A stretch of DNA of 64,000 nucleotides. Origin: Bilabrum cf. latius (taxonomy: Eukaryota). The position numbers were made by a program, and so were the translations under genes. The stretch spans positions 62,001-126,000 of the forward strand of contig OZ237770.1 of assembly GCA_965178125.1 (NCBI GenBank), given 5' to 3'. The notes below the pieces were generated by a model. That model saw only the letters and a program-made list of their open reading frames with translations. It searched no databases and had not been told where the DNA came from. Positions 37,163 through 51,426 of this stretch are shown here, piece by piece; the first letter of the stretch is position 1, and every line of letters begins with the position of its first letter.

Positions 37163-40100
37163 TCACTGACCCCCACTACCATGACTCTTCCGCCTTCCAC
37201 CTCTAGACTATGCACACCGCGTGGGTCTCACCGCTTTCCATGCCCTCCCGTTCCACTCGTACTCTCTCGCTAGCCCGGGCGCAGGAACCCCATGGCATCC
37301 CTTGGCCTTCATGCACTGCTTGACTACTTCGTCCTGGAATGCTTGGAACAACCGACCAATCTCCGATAGGTCTCTAGATGTTCCACCCCCTGAATCTCGG
37401 GAAGAGTTTGGCATGGCAGTGCCCAGTAGAAGCTACTCAAGGCCAGCAGTTGGCCGCTCCGATATCGACCGACCCGAAGCCTCAGGCACGTCAAACCCTC
37501 CATCGCACTGTTCCTCGCTTGCTTGATGGGGCAGCATTTTGAGTCTTCCTGACAGGTAGTCATCCTGCAGCAGCAACAGCCCGCTCTGGTGAGCGCATGC
37601 AACTGCATGTGATCCAGCCACAGACCACCGGAGGTGCAGGCCATCACGCACCAACAGGTTCATCCTGTCTTCAATACACAATAGTTGGTTCATGCCAGGA
37701 TGATCCGCAGCTCGTGCACGTCTGATCAACTACTACGGACGTAACGGAGCTTCCCAAACCTGACGACAATTAGTGGGTCTGGCAACTTCAGAGAGCATAC
37801 CGAGCAAGTGAACTGCCGTTGTCGCGCCCCTCAGGTCCTGAATGATCACTGCAATCGGCGAAGCTTCCTCGACTCCTTTGCTGCATTCCGTGCCCGAACT
37901 GCTGGAATGAGTGGCGCGTCGTATACACCGTCCCTGCTCCACTTTAAGATCAGGCACACAGCCAGTGCTTGGCTCTTGGATGTCTCCTGCATTTCCAGCT
38001 GCCCTGATGTATGCAAACTGGAGCTCGTGAGCTGCCGTATACCATCGCAGTGCACGCTAAGCTACCAGGAGTACGGCGGCCAATTGTGGCGAGCCACCGA
38101 GCACCTGTCCTACCACTGTATCCTCGTCGACAGGAGACATTGGGTCACTTCCACCCTAAAAATACCCATTATAAGTCCATTGCGATGGAACTACGCTTGC
38201 TCGCAAGAGGTCGGTGCCGGTCGTGACAGTCTATCGTGGCTCTGGATGGGACCAAGGTGAGTCAGAAGCGGATGCCTCCCCCCATGATTCCCACTGTACC
38301 GTTCGGACTGACGTAGCGAGGTCCACTGGTCGAGTAATCCGCACATACATGCCGCCATCACTCAAACGGCCACCGGGGCCATCCAAGTGCTGCAATGCAG
38401 CCGCTGCTTGATCTGGATGCACGCATCTATTGGCTTGTCGATCGCATTCATGCAGCAAAGCCCTGCCCAGACTTGCCACCATTGTTTGAACTCTAGTACA
38501 CTGTAGCTAGTACATTTTCTCAGTTGCAGCAGCCCAGCCGAGATTGAAGGACTTGTGTCGTACTGCTGGATCATTGAGTTTACGGGAGCTCTTGCTAAAA
38601 TCCGCTGCACCAACAACATCGCTCCTTCGCAGTAACTTTCGAAGCTTGTCCCTCCCTGGAACACTAATGGCTTTGGAAATACCCAGGCTGGGCCAAGGCA
38701 ACTAATAGTATGGACGAATCAGCACTGGCAGCCAGCAGGAACATGCAGGGTATCGGCTTCTCTCACACCATGCCATGAGCCCCAGCAAGTACGCGAGCAA
38801 GCAAGTGAAAAACAAACCGAGCCACATCAACGCCCAGCTGATATGAGCAATCGTGGCTACCCCATGCAGAAACATGAGCCCAAAAAGTAGCACACCTGTA
38901 CCTACAGCAGACACCAACGACAGAACCAGAGGTGGTATGCATCCGAACAACTTCGTCTCACCGGTAAGCACACGTGCCATTCTAAGCAAAGTCTTTGATG
39001 GTAAGCTCTTGTTTGAAATCATGCGCTGGTAACGCAAAAAGAGCGGAATCTACCTTGAACTGACGACTCCATCTGGCCCCGGAGAACAAACAGACAGACT
39101 CAGGCAAACGCAACAAAAGGTGACAATCGCCCAGGCAAGACCAGCATGCTACTGGAGGTTGTCTGGTGCATCAATGTAGCGCCTGACAAACTAAACAGAA
39201 ACGAGTATGATGCTTGGCGGCGACAAAAATGCGTAGATCACAATGGTGATTTTCGCTAGTTGCACCACGTGTGGCATGCGGACATGCACAGTCTCTGGTT
39301 GATCGAAGTCCCCGTTCCCCTCTCGCATGAGGGTTACTGGATCCTGTAACCTCACTCCAAGACGCATCCTGGCGAGACCCTCGCTAGTGCGACAGTCGAT
39401 CCGCTGTATGCCGCTACTGCCATGGAAGGTGAGGCGAATTTTGGCATCGTCTCGCCTGAGCTAACATAGTATCAATTCAATGATCAGTGGCACCAAGCCC
39501 AGCAAATACCACAACCAATACACGTGTGTGTTTGACGACGAAGCCTCTGTTGATACGATAAATGACATTGCAGGAGCCTACTCAGAAGGTGTGCCAGAGA
39601 GCAACAGCTCAAGCGTTGCTCCTGCTCCCATCCACGTCAGTACTGGCATCCACGACCAAATCTCTTCCTTAAAGTGCACCTGCCTGCGGAGGAAAGACCT
39701 CATTTGAAGAGTCTCAAGTATGGCTGCTATGCTTGATTCCACGGGCGAGCGACACGGCTCTGCCTTATCAGCATACTCAGAGAATGCACCAGCGATTACC
39801 GCAACTGAGGCCAGTACACCAGCTGCACACAGCGCAATCCCCTCCAACAGGCCGTCAGATCGAAGCACAATGCCCTGTGCGCCTTGGTTCTCGCCAGGGA
39901 GGGTGTGGTTCAAAGGTGAGGCTTCACAGCGCCACGGCCAGCGACTGTACACGATCAGTTGACAACCAGTGTCGCTCGACAGCAGAGGCACGGTAGTCCC
40001 AAGTACACCCATGCAAAGTTCAAACCTCGTTGCATCTACGACTGGCCCGTCCAGATCAAAGTTGGTGTGCTATTTATCGAGCCTGACACGATCAAGAGCG

Positions 40101-41895
40101 AACCGGTCCTCGTCCGACGGCTGTCCCCAGGGGCTGCACGCCAAGCGGCCATCTTGAAGGTCAGAGGTGACTAGGACCGAAGATGCGCCGTGGGAGCTTG
40201 CTGCACCATATGCACTCCTGTATCGGAGCACTGCCTCAGAAAGACCTTCCCAGTCCAGGCCTACCTGTTTATGCATTCGCTGGCACCTAGCTCGGTATGC
40301 CCCCACGCAGCCAATGAGAAAGAGGGCAAACACACCAAACGCGAACGCCAGCATGGCCGCTCCGAATTGTACCCGGGATGCACATGCGGGCCGGCAACAT
40401 ATGCGATCCATGTCTTTTAGTCGAGCTGTTCTGTTCACACGTTCCAGGTCGCGCTTCACATCGATGTCTGCCTGCCTGCATCCTGCCCAATGGCTCTGCG
40501 CGTATTGCAGCAAGCTTTCCTGGTCCTAGGATTCTGAAGTCCGTTCCAACTCGCGCTATCGATTTGTGTTGCATACGTCAAGTTCTACATCCTAAGGTGC
40601 TCCTCTCCGAATCCTCGGTGGCTTGTCAGTGAAGCCTTGGGGATCCGTACGAACTGGACTTGCTGTAGAGCCTGTATATGCGCAGTACAGCAAAGCCAGT
40701 CGATTAGTACTGATATGGCAAGGCTCCAGCGCGCGGCTCGTTTCGGAACCCCTCTCAAAGATGCGATCGGGAGCACTTGCGCCAATCATGCCGAGCGGCA
40801 CTCCGTCTGACACAATGTCCTCGCTTCGAACCTGAGTTTCCCTGGATTCCACGCCATCATCGCTGCACTTGTCACCTCGATCCTAAACACCCGGCATGTC
40901 TTCCCTCCAGTGTATCCAATCGGTCGCCTCTGAGCACAAGGTCGCTTTGGCCCCGTCTGACGCCAGAACGAGCAGCACACACTCGTGGAGTGGCATCGGA
41001 TCCGGAGCCATTGGAGATTGTATACTGGTTGATCCCTCATTATTGGATCTCGCAGCGAATGACTTGGATGGAACTGCACCAGTGGTCTCGTTTTCCTCGC
41101 CGGTGCTGGAAACACGCCGACAAGGACTATCGCTAGTACCGTTGCTTGCATCATCGACCGGCTCGTCGGCCTGCTCGATGAGGCGCATCCTCTCAACCCA
41201 ACAGCGCTCTTCGACAAGGTCATCACCATCACGTATGATAGTCTTGGCTGCCCGCGCCTCATCCTCTTCCCGCTCCTTGGTAGGGTCTGACAGCACGCAA
41301 GCAGCCCTGAGGGACTCACCCACGAAAATGCTCGCCTGCAACTGAGCCGCGCGCAACACCACCTTGGCCCAGTCGGTCTGCATGCCAGATTTGGAGCGAA
41401 TCTGTGTGGCAAGCTTTGCACTGCCAGTTTCGGAATTGCGCGATGCCCGTGATGCTCCGCATAGTGCTGCAGCAGCAGCCTCCTCGAGCCCTAGCGCTGA
41501 AGCCAGGCCTCTTGGCCCTTCGACTTGACCAACTGTCGCAATTGCATCCTAAATGAGCCCAGTCTCCGACTGGCGCAGCTTTGCACAGCTGCTATTCCCA
41601 GTGCCAGCGGACTGGAACAGGGCTTGTACCTGCGGACTGCGCAAAGCGCGAAAGTTACGCATGCAACTCTCTGCTTCCGCGAGCCATCCCCCAAGGGCTA
41701 TTCCATGACCGATTGCATACTTGCTCGGGTCATCACCAGCCTGCACGATTCGCTGGACACACTGAGAGACGAGAGCCTACCTTTCCATTTGAGATCTGTC
41801 CACTCCTTGGCACGCTGTCCATGTTGCTTTCGAGGCTTGCTCGAGTGATTCAAAATCTCTCAAATGCAGGAATTGGGACACAGTCTTTAGTACGC
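37163..41895 (-). CDS. Multi-pass membrane protein of unknown function (main exon about 1,575 codons; probable upstream exon beyond 42005)
   Basis: At least 11 short track ORFs share one frame with about 20 TAGs and no TAA/TGA for 4.7 kb. Several hydrophobic segments. TGCAG acceptor at 41896 and GTAAG donor at 42005. Confidence 0.8.
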
Positions 41896-44800
41896 CTGCA
41901 TTCACTCAAGAAATCTTACAGTACTAGACGGGAGCAATGTGCAACAGCCAAGGCAGTGCACTCAGGGCACGAACATCCTGCGAAGGCCACCTTCATCTTA
42001 CTTACGATAATTGCTTGATACAACGTGGCTAAGTGCCATTGTTACGCTCAGCCGGCGTCCGTGTGAGTGGGTTTGCTTGTTTTGCAATGTTTGTTGGGAC
42101 GCCTCCAGAAATACAGAAATAAATCTACAGAAATACATTGTTGGCTCCCGGGACTTAAGTTGTACGGTGCTGTTTGGCTCGAGAAAATCTTGGTTCCATT
42201 TTGAGCGGCGCCTCAGTGCGCGCCTGGTCCACGAAAACTGGGGTTGATGGCTTGCATATAATCCTTTTAATATATTTATTGTGGTCGCTGTTGCATTTAT
42301 GTACTAAATGAGAACTGTATTGAGAAAACTGGCAAGCTTGCAAATCGCGGATCGGCACGTGAGCACTTTTTTGCTGTTTCCGGGCGTTCCAATAATAGCT
42401 GCAAAAAGGCCCAAAGGGTGTATCTTCGAAAGCCTAGTTTAAGTAGATTGATGCGGATTGTCTGCGGTTATGCGGAGAAACCGCTTGCACTGCACGTGTA
42501 GACTGCCAGGCTGCAGCGGCTTGTGGACCGCTTCAGGAACTCGCTACTCACGATGTATATTCCATGGTCGTTCGCATAATTTGATTATTGTTTGTTCATT
42601 TAGTCTGAAACTATCGTTTGAATTGAATCAGACACGCAAGTAGGCGTGCAGCGGCCTTGGAAGGTGGGGGGCTTGAACGACCTGCCAAGACGCCTACTTT
42701 CGGCTCGCCCTCTTTCGAGCCAGAGTACCCCATGCATCAAGCTAGCAACCCTGGTGTTTTTATACTATAGATTTCTGTTCTTTCGGCGAGTTTGGGTCGA
42801 TTCTGTTTTGGGCCAATGTGGCTTCTGCGCGATAGTCCGAGGGCGTATTCGCCAAACTGGGATTTTCTTTTATTGCGGGTAGCTCCCACAATCGTTGCTT
42901 GATGCCGATGCCAATTCACCATTCACATTTTTACCGAATTCATTACCTGATTTCCGATTGCAGCGCAATTTTGAGGATACGAAGCCCTGAAACGAGTCCT
43001 AGCGAGCTGAGGCGCCATGGCAGCGGCCTCCTCTTCTGACCATTTGAGCGATGCCTGCCGCTACCAGAGGCCATCATTGAATCAATTAGCAGTGGAAATA
43101 GTTACCTTGACTGCTCAACTGCTTGCTGCCAGCGAGTGAGAGCAAGCTCGCACGACATCCGGAGATTCGGGCAAAGCCGACAGACGGTCATCGACATTAC
43201 GACTAGATGATCTGATCAAGGCTGCTTTTAGAAATAGAGAATTTATCGCTCGGGACCTGATCGTCGACGATTGCAGCATAGGCCCTGTCAGGAACGTATT
43301 ACGCGTAGCAGGGCTTGGTGGCGGCCTGCCCTTGGGACGATGAGCTGAGCCGACGTGGCCAAGTCGCTGTTTTAGTTTTGCAACAGCCGGAACTCCAGTT
43401 CGTCACTTGGCATAGATGTAACTCGTGCTATACTTGCTAAACGGTATGAAATGGTCTTTAGAATATTCCAGGCATTGGGAGGCAAAATCAACGGTGCTAG
43501 CAAGTCGAGCAGCAGGGCTGCCGGCATCGTCCCAGCCTAGATCCTTTCAGCAGCAGGAGCTGCCGCCCGCATTCTCATCGGTGCAAGTCTCGAGGCGTCA
43601 TGGGTTAAGGACGTAATCGACATGGAGGAGAAAACCATGGAATCTATGGGTGCCCACCTATTGAGCCCAACAAGTACGCGTGGCCAGAATTGCGTCGCCA
43701 GACTTGCTGGGCCTAGCCAAGGTTCAAGGACCGGAACTGCATAGATGCAACGGTGCCAAGGCTGGCGGAAGTCCAGGCCTGGTATCATCATTGGAAGGTT
43801 TGTTTGCTAGGATCGTAGAATCCCAGCCAGAAGTTGTTGCCCCAGCGGCACCGCCACCAGCCCGCTCGTCGTCGTCATCATCCGGGGCATCAGCTGCACA
43901 TAGGCCCGTAGCACCGAGATTCAATCAGCTCATAGACAAGCGAGCAGGGCCTGGGCGAAGGCTGGAAAGAGTATCTTTTCACAGGGACAGGGGAGGGCGG
44001 CGGCACCCTCCTCTAGCTTTAGCTCTGCCAGTGCGTTTGGTCCATCTAGAGCTAGTAGCCTGTCAAGTACTGCGGACTAGACGCCAACAAGCGGTACTGG
44101 ATTAGAAGACGAAGACAATTAGCAGCCACCAGAGGTGAAGTAGAGCGGCGCACAGGCCGAGCAGGTGCAGGGCGGCGCGGGCGGAGCCGCAGCAGGGTTT
44201 GGCCCGGAGGAATTCAGTGTAGAGGAAATTAAGAACATATTGATCCCAACAGACATGGTTCATGGCTCCGATAGAAGGACCAGGCAGGCAGGGATGGTCA
44301 GCGCTGACCAGAGCGGTGAGTATGATGGTGCAACATCGCTTGGGCTGAGATCAATCTTGGGCAGGCGAGACAGCCATAGACGGTAGCCACGACCATCGCA
44401 TAAGCTGCGGTAGTGATATGCGCGGCGGAGGCAGAGAAATGACAGAAAGGAGTTGCGGATCACTGCAGCGAGCATGCTGCCTGCCGGCCACCACCAGTGA
44501 CATGATATCATGTGCAAGTCAGCCGGTGTATGATATTAAAAATATTCCAAAAGTACGACTCCGTCTCTCTATTATCCATTATTTGGCTTGTAGAAGGCAT
44601 ACATGGCGAAAATGTTGTCGGCACGTTGCTGTCTGTATTGTCTTCCCTGGCCCGTACCGCGCAACTCAAAACGTTCCGGAACTTTTGCAGCTGGTAAAAC
44701 GATTTTGAATGGGCATTATTATATAATTGTGCGAACAATCGCAGACCGCTTAAACCGCGTAACGATGAAATCTGCCGAGCCATGGAGGTGTGTGCGAAAT

Positions 44801-46682
44801 AGTATCGCAGCGACTGCATCGACATAAAGCCAAAACGCAGCACGTAAACCAGAATTTCTGGAGTCTTATGATTGCTTTAGAATAAATCCCTGGTGTTTAG
44901 TTCTATATCACCTCTATGTAAGCTGCTTGGGCCGGAGTTTTGAAATCCGCCCCGGACCGCGAATGTTGCGTGCCAGGAGCACCAACGTAGTTAAGACACG
45001 ATCGAAAGGAGGCATGGCATAGCCGCCGCGTGGAATTCCTGGATCCACCAAGGCGAAAGGTATGGTGCCTGGCAGCGCCACACCAGACGGGAGTGCCAGT
45101 GGCCCGCTAGCAGTAGGCCTAGTCTAGCGGTCAGCGTCCACCACTGGTCCTCTGCCCACTCGGTCTACAAGCAGTTCGTCGCCTTCACCCCCTCCTCTTT
45201 CTCCTCTTTCCACCTTACTGCCTGCTTGCTACACTCGTCCAAGGCAGAGAGCGACTTAAACGCCTGCCAGCAGAACAACACGACGAGACGGCCAGAGTGT
45301 CCTAGGATCCTAGGGGAGGCGCTGGTCCGCGGTGCTAGCATGAGGCTTGTCGCAAACGACTGACTCATTTTGGTTCTTTCGAGCAGTGATGGTGTTTTTG
45401 CGAGAGCTCTTGCGCTTCTTCAGCGCTCGTGAGGCTGACCAGCCAAGCCCCACTCTTGTACCGCGCAAATGGATGAATTGATCTATCAACTCAGGGAACG
45501 ATTATGTTTGCTAGGTCTTATTGTAAAAGATGGCCTAGCTTGCGCATCTTTAGTTCTTGATGCGAAATTTTTGCTGATCATATGCTTGGTCTGGCTTGAC
45601 CATACTTAAGAAGTGAGTGACGAAGTGTTTTCTGGCAATTAATGAAGCATGCATGAAACAGATTCCAAAACGTTTGTGCATTATGCTTGCGTTGCTCCTT
45701 CTGGTTCAAAACTTTGAAATTACTTCATGGGTTCGGGACACTCAATTGGCTTTAGCTGCTGGGCATTAGCGATGGGACTGCGCGACGCTGGAGGACCAGA
45801 TAACTACATTCGATGCTTTCGAGAAAGAAAATAAATGCTATGTCTGACCCACGAGTGATGCTACTTGTTGCGTTGGGACTAGTATTGAGGCTGGTGCAGC
45901 CCATACCCACCTGCTGGTGGCGTCCACCGACGGCAGTCATGCCAAACTTTGAAGGGCTTATATTGTGAGCAGCGAGCAGCGGAATTACCCGATATAGATT
46001 GCAGGCCTCGAGATCTAGCTCTATATTTAAATTCAAGACTCTAGTCTAGGCCTATGCAATAGCCTAGCGTGTACAAAATGAGTTCGGAGCCGGAATTCCA
46101 AGTGCAACTCGCTATCAGCTTCGACTGGACACAAAGATACAGGAATTTTACGCCTTAATTAACGAAGTTGGTAGCTTGATTGTATGGTAAGACTATATTC
46201 TTGTGTTATTTTTCACGTAATGCATTATTTGTACCCATATACAAGACGCCTGTAGCAATCTTGCCTCTGTAGGATTCTTTTTGGCATCGCCGAACTTCTC
46301 ATTATGTTTGTATCGCAGACCAACGAGTATCCAAGTATATCCAAGTAGTGGAAACAATTGAGCATCTGACTGCAAACTCCACTTTTCAGCAAACCAAGCG
46401 CATTCGGCCTTGTGCTGCTCGTGTGACCATCGTTTGATACATTGAAGTGTAAGTCTTCAGTTGCTACGGTAGATTCGATTTGATATCATGCATGTCAACT
46501 GAAGAGAAGCGGTGCAATTCTGGTTTTGATTGGGCAAAGTCCTGGAAACTTCGCATACGAGTTGCACAAACCTTTTTTCTCCTATGTGTACGTTTGGAAG
46601 AGGTACGCCATGCATCGCTCTTGCATTCTTATGGTATTCTCGACGTGTTCACAGCAGTCAACTCACATCTCGCAGTTGACCT

Positions 46683-47978
46683 GTGCACCCCTGTCGCATG
46701 AATTTATACAAGCTTGTTGAGGACGTAGGCGGCCTTGGCACTGCTGAAGTTGGCATATATGTGGCAAGGGGCGTAATCCGAGCGCTGGCATTGATGCACA
46801 AGCGGAATCGCGCTCACAAGCACCTGAGGCTGGAATCGGTTAGAATCTCAGAAGAGCAGACTATCGAGATTCAGGTTTCGCCCTCTTTTAGGCCAGGCCA
46901 AAGCGGCCATACAGACGGTACGCGAGCCTACACTGCCCCAGAAGGAACGGAGGGGAAGCATCACGATCCAATCAAGGCCGACATGTGGAGCCTTGGCGTA
47001 CTGCTATGCTGCATGGTAATGGGAAGGCCCCCCTGCGGCAAAGCGGACGAGTCCGATCCTTACTTCCGTGTTATCAAAGCAAGGAGCATCACAGGGATGG
47101 ACGAGTTCTGGGCCGATCATATTCGGAAGTGCAAAATTCGGATTCGATTCGACTGGGATACTGCTCGGTTCCAGTCTCTAATTGTAGGGCTTCTGCGAGT
47201 AGATCCAAGCCGACGCCTCAGCATGCAGGAAGTGTTGGATCACCCATGGGTGTGCAGTGCGTGCCCCCTAGAAGACCACTGCAGAGGCTACTTGTAGGAG
47301 GCGTGCAAGCGACTAGCTGGCCCTACCGGAGGCTCTGAGGATGGCCATATTATGGACGATTAGAATTTTGGAGCCGCTGCCGGCGGGGCTTCGACGTCTG
47401 CCGCAAGTTCAGGCTATGCGATAGGGCAGGCACCAGCGTCACAGCGTGCTCGTGGACCTGCTGCAAAGGTGCAGGGAGTTCCTAGAGCTCCGATAGAAGA
47501 TACCGGAGTCATTCAGTCAGGTGATAGGGGCGGTCAGCCTGAGCCAGTCGACAGCAAGTGCGCTGGCATTAGGGCTAAGCCTGATGCACACGGCGGGAAA
47601 TTGCAACGGCTGGGGTCGAACGCAGGCATGCTACCAGAGGCAGACGTGCAAGAGCGTGGCAGGAGCCCGGAAGTGCCTGGTGGCGTACCCCAGAATCAAT
47701 TGTTGATGCGATGTCCATCGTGCAGCCTGAGATAGCTTGCTGCCGAGCAGCAGGATGTGCTTATACACCAAGAGATGCGTTGTATTGAGTGCGGCTAGCA
47801 GCTGAAAGCAAGCCGGAGTTCTTCAGCGGTGGGCTCAAACCAACTCGACCCGTGTCACGATGCAGATGAGCAAATCGAGGTAAGTGCAGAGGATGACACG
47901 AGTAAGGAAAAACGCGAAGACGAGGGCGTAACAGCAGTCGACAGCGAGGATGAAGACGAGGACGAAGTCGAGCATTAA
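46683..47978 (+). pseudogene. Kinase-like paralogue 1, degenerate; 5' part unresolved
   Basis: GTRAYTAPE, ADMWSLG and LDHPWVC are present, but HRD has become HKH and there is no DFG. The acidic tail continues past TAA 47976 and a TGA. Confidence 0.6.
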
Positions 47979-50073
47979 GGCAAGGACGAGGATAGGATCG
48001 AAGGCGAAGACGAGGTTTGAGACAAGAATGAAGACGAAGATCATAAGGATGAATACGAGGTCACCAGTGCTAGACGAAGACGGAGACGACGAAGACAGTG
48101 CTTGTCCAGCTAAGGGCCATTGATATCCAGGACCACTGGTGGTCAGCATAGGCCTGAATTGCCCTTTGCCGTGGAGAGGCACTGAAGCTTCCGCTACACA
48201 GAACATAGCGGTGATTGGCTTGAACTGGACTGGTGGTACAAGCATGAATGTAGGGCTACGTAGCTACAGCTTGGACTCGTGGGACTATTTTAGAATCTGC
48301 TTACATCCGGATTACGATGTAGACCCCCGGATTGGTCAGATAGGCTGTAGGCTAGAGACTGGGAACCAACGGAACGTCTTTTCTACGCCAACCTGGCGAG
48401 CTCCGAAGGAATCCGGGTTCCGGATTCCGGATAACAAGGCAAAATGCCTGTGGCCTATGTACTGTATCTAGGTAGGTGCCTATAGCTTCGCTCACTCCCG
48501 CCCCTAGACATCCTTACCGCCGCTCACATTAACACATAGATTGGCCGCTCCAGTCTCTACTCTAACTCAAGCGCCTTGCTTTGCCCTAGCTTCAGCACTC
48601 GATTCAGATGAATCGTGACTCCGTGCGAGCGAATCGTATTTCCGTCCCACCGCCGCCCCGGCGCGGGCCCGTCTTGAGCCGGGAGCTCAGCAACGCCGTG
48701 TAGCAGCTGGCGAGTTGGCCAACCACCGATGATCCGAAAAATGTGTTTCCGTGGTGCCTGTCGGGATCCAGACCTAGCTATTCCATTGAGGTGCGTCACT
48801 AGTCTAGGTGTAGGTCAAGGGGGGCCAGATCTATGGAGGGCAAGAATCTACCAGCGGGAGGCATCACACCGGTAGCTGCCACCTGTGTTGGATCCTTCCT
48901 CCTGTAGTACCCCTGCAGTCGCCTAAATCATGGCCTAGCTGACTCATCTAGTCGCCTCGATACTTCGTGCAGTCACACACCAACTGTGAGCCGCTGTAAG
49001 CTTCCATTAACGCTCTTCACGCTACCATAGTCAGTGACCACACCCAACGACTGCGACACGCCCGCTGCCGGCAGTCCGCCGAGCTGCATGCAACGACTGC
49101 ATCGCTGAACCTCGCAAAGATCGTGTGTAAATCCGAGACCATCCAATAAGATCACCAGTAGACATTGTGCCAGCGTCTGACGCTGATGATGCTGTGGATA
49201 TCCGCAATACATCGTAGCGCATCCTGAACTGCACGAACGGCCGCCATCGTCATTTTATACCTGAACTCTGCTGCGAATCAATGAGTGCTCCTTCTACATG
49301 CCCAATGGCCAAATCACGGATCCACTCCCACAGTTGGAGCAGTTCCATAAAAAAAAAAGACGTCCCCTACCCCTCAGCTCCCACTCCTCCCCCTGGGACA
49401 GTCCGCCCCGAATCGACTGAGCCGCTCAGTCTCGTCTCGCACATGCTAAACCACACTCGTCACAAATGTACACGTTACCTCTGTCCTTGCACCGTCCGCG
49501 CCTCCAGGCTCGCCCCGGTGCCTCCCTGTCAGTTCCAACCCCATTCTGATCTGCTGTCATCCCCGCGCCCTTGCGAGTCAGCCCTCGTCAGAAATCCTGC
49601 CGCCTCGTGGTCTGGATCCACTTGGCTGCACCCGCTTCCCCTCCCTACCCAATGGGCCTCCACGCTCCCGAGCCTGCTGGCTTGCTCGGGCCTGTCAGTG
49701 CCCCTTCGTCGTCCCCGCCACGCGCCTGGTACCGCGCTCAGGGCCTCCCTTCCTCCCTATCCCCCGCTCATCTTGGTGTCCTTCTACTTCTCTCCTCTTG
49801 CCCTACTCGGCCCCCCCTCACTCCTACCGCCCACCGCCCCCTTCGTCTGCTCTGTCCTGACCCGTTGCCCTACTCTACCCCCCCCCCCTTTTTGCCGCTC
49901 CGTCATCTCCTTCCGTCGCTGCTGTTCTCCGCCTGCCTGCACCTTGCCGCTGTCTCCCTCCCCAGCGGAGCCCTCACTGCCGTCTCCCAGACCTCAATCC
50001 CAATGTCTTGACGACACAGATAAGCATGCCATCCACTGACACCGGCACTGGACCGATGCTGACGCCGAGCAGG

Positions 50074-50689
50074 GTGATCCTGGGATAGTCCGGCGAGGTG
50101 TCATTCCGGTTCGAGTCAACACTGGAGAAAGGGAGAGATCAGCGGGGGGGGGAGGGGGGCGGGGGTGAGCTCCAGGTGCCAATAACATGGGAGACGCCAC
50201 TAGCAGCGAGCTGCTTGGCCTGCAGTGGGTCCGCGGGACCGGGGGCAGGAATTGTCCATACTAGTCAAGGATCCTTGAATGGTCTTGTATGCACAGTGAG
50301 TACAACGAGTGATACACGCGCAATTTCCCACGGATATGCTGCTGCAAGGCTGTACCGGAAAGGCCTGCTGTTGCTACGGAAGACGACGACAGGCGCGCTT
50401 TGGCCGGACGACGGCAGGTCAAAAACCGCCGCCCCTGGTCCTCCTGCCCCCGTTTCCACAGATTCATGAGCCCTCAAGGAACTCAATCGATTTCCGCAAG
50501 AACCCATCCGACACTTCGCCCGCGCCCGCGCGGCCCCACCGCGAATCGAAACGAACCGCAAACCACTGCGCACCCGGGCAGGGTCAGCTGTTCGTTCGCG
50601 GACGTTCAGCTGATACTGGCGTGATCCTGTGATCGACCGGCGAGGTGTCATTCCGGTTCGAGTCTACACTGGGAAAGAGAGAGATCAGC
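50074..50689 (+). repeat. Pair of imperfect direct repeats of about 70 bp (50074-50143, 50621-50689)
   Basis: Shared core ccggcgaggtgtcattccggttcgagtc.acactgg...gagagatcagc. Confidence 0.85.
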
Positions 50690-51426
50690 CTCTGCGGTAG
50701 ACAGGATTCGCAAAGAAATACAGAAGCAGCCCAAGCCAGTAGCTTTCTTCTCTGGCACGGCCTGCGACACCAAGATGGGACGCAGCTCAGGGCACGTCTG
50801 TTACTGAGCTCCGAGCAAGCATTATAGGATCCTTTTCGCGTCCTCTCAGTCCCTGGATACCCATTGTATTCTTCTCCGATCCGGACGCCGAGCGAAACGC
50901 TTGCCGTAGCAAGTCAGCCTCATAGCATGCGCAGCCCGCAAAAAGGACTTCTCTTGCTGCTCGTTGCAAATCCTCCATGGCGAACTGAAAGCAACATTTG
51001 CCAGGATCCCTAGATCTATGGAAGAGCATATGGCCTGAGTGGCCTGGTCAAACCGTTTCGTCAGTAGTCATGTCACCATGCGATTTGACTCGACTAGAGG
51101 CATGATGCTTTCGAAATCCTATCTTCAAACATATCGCTGCTGCCATTCGATCCAGGATCGAGAAGACCGGGAGCACGGCACGGTCGATGCTTGCCATGCT
51201 CACCGGCATCGTGCGCTATCTCCGAGGATCCATGGCCACGGCCCCTCTGCTGGCCGTCCACATGTTCTCCTAGGCCAGGATACCGTGACATACGCACGTA
51301 GTGCTACCCTGATACTATCGGGATCAGATCGGGATAGCTTGGGATAGCACTAGTACTACAATCTATATCAGATGGAGTAGCACTAGGCCAACAGCATGTA
51401 GTGCTGCAAGTGCGCACTCACGAGTC

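Noticed and set aside
4315-41895. Mass pseudogenisation as the cause of the internal stops
   Set aside because: The interruptions in host genes here are only TAG, with no TAA, TGA or frameshifts, and catalytic motifs are intact.
42950-46400. Coding-like patches (43680-44386 and others)
   Set aside because: The frames I checked are broken by TGA/TAA even with TAG read as sense, and I could not build a consistent model.
48900-48965. RNase H-like N..AD..SR motif
   Set aside because: Too short and degenerate, with no other retroelement motifs nearby.
50095-50125. tRNA gene (possible CUA suppressor)
   Set aside because: The TTCGA loop lacks a paired T-stem, and no cloverleaf or anticodon arm is evident.
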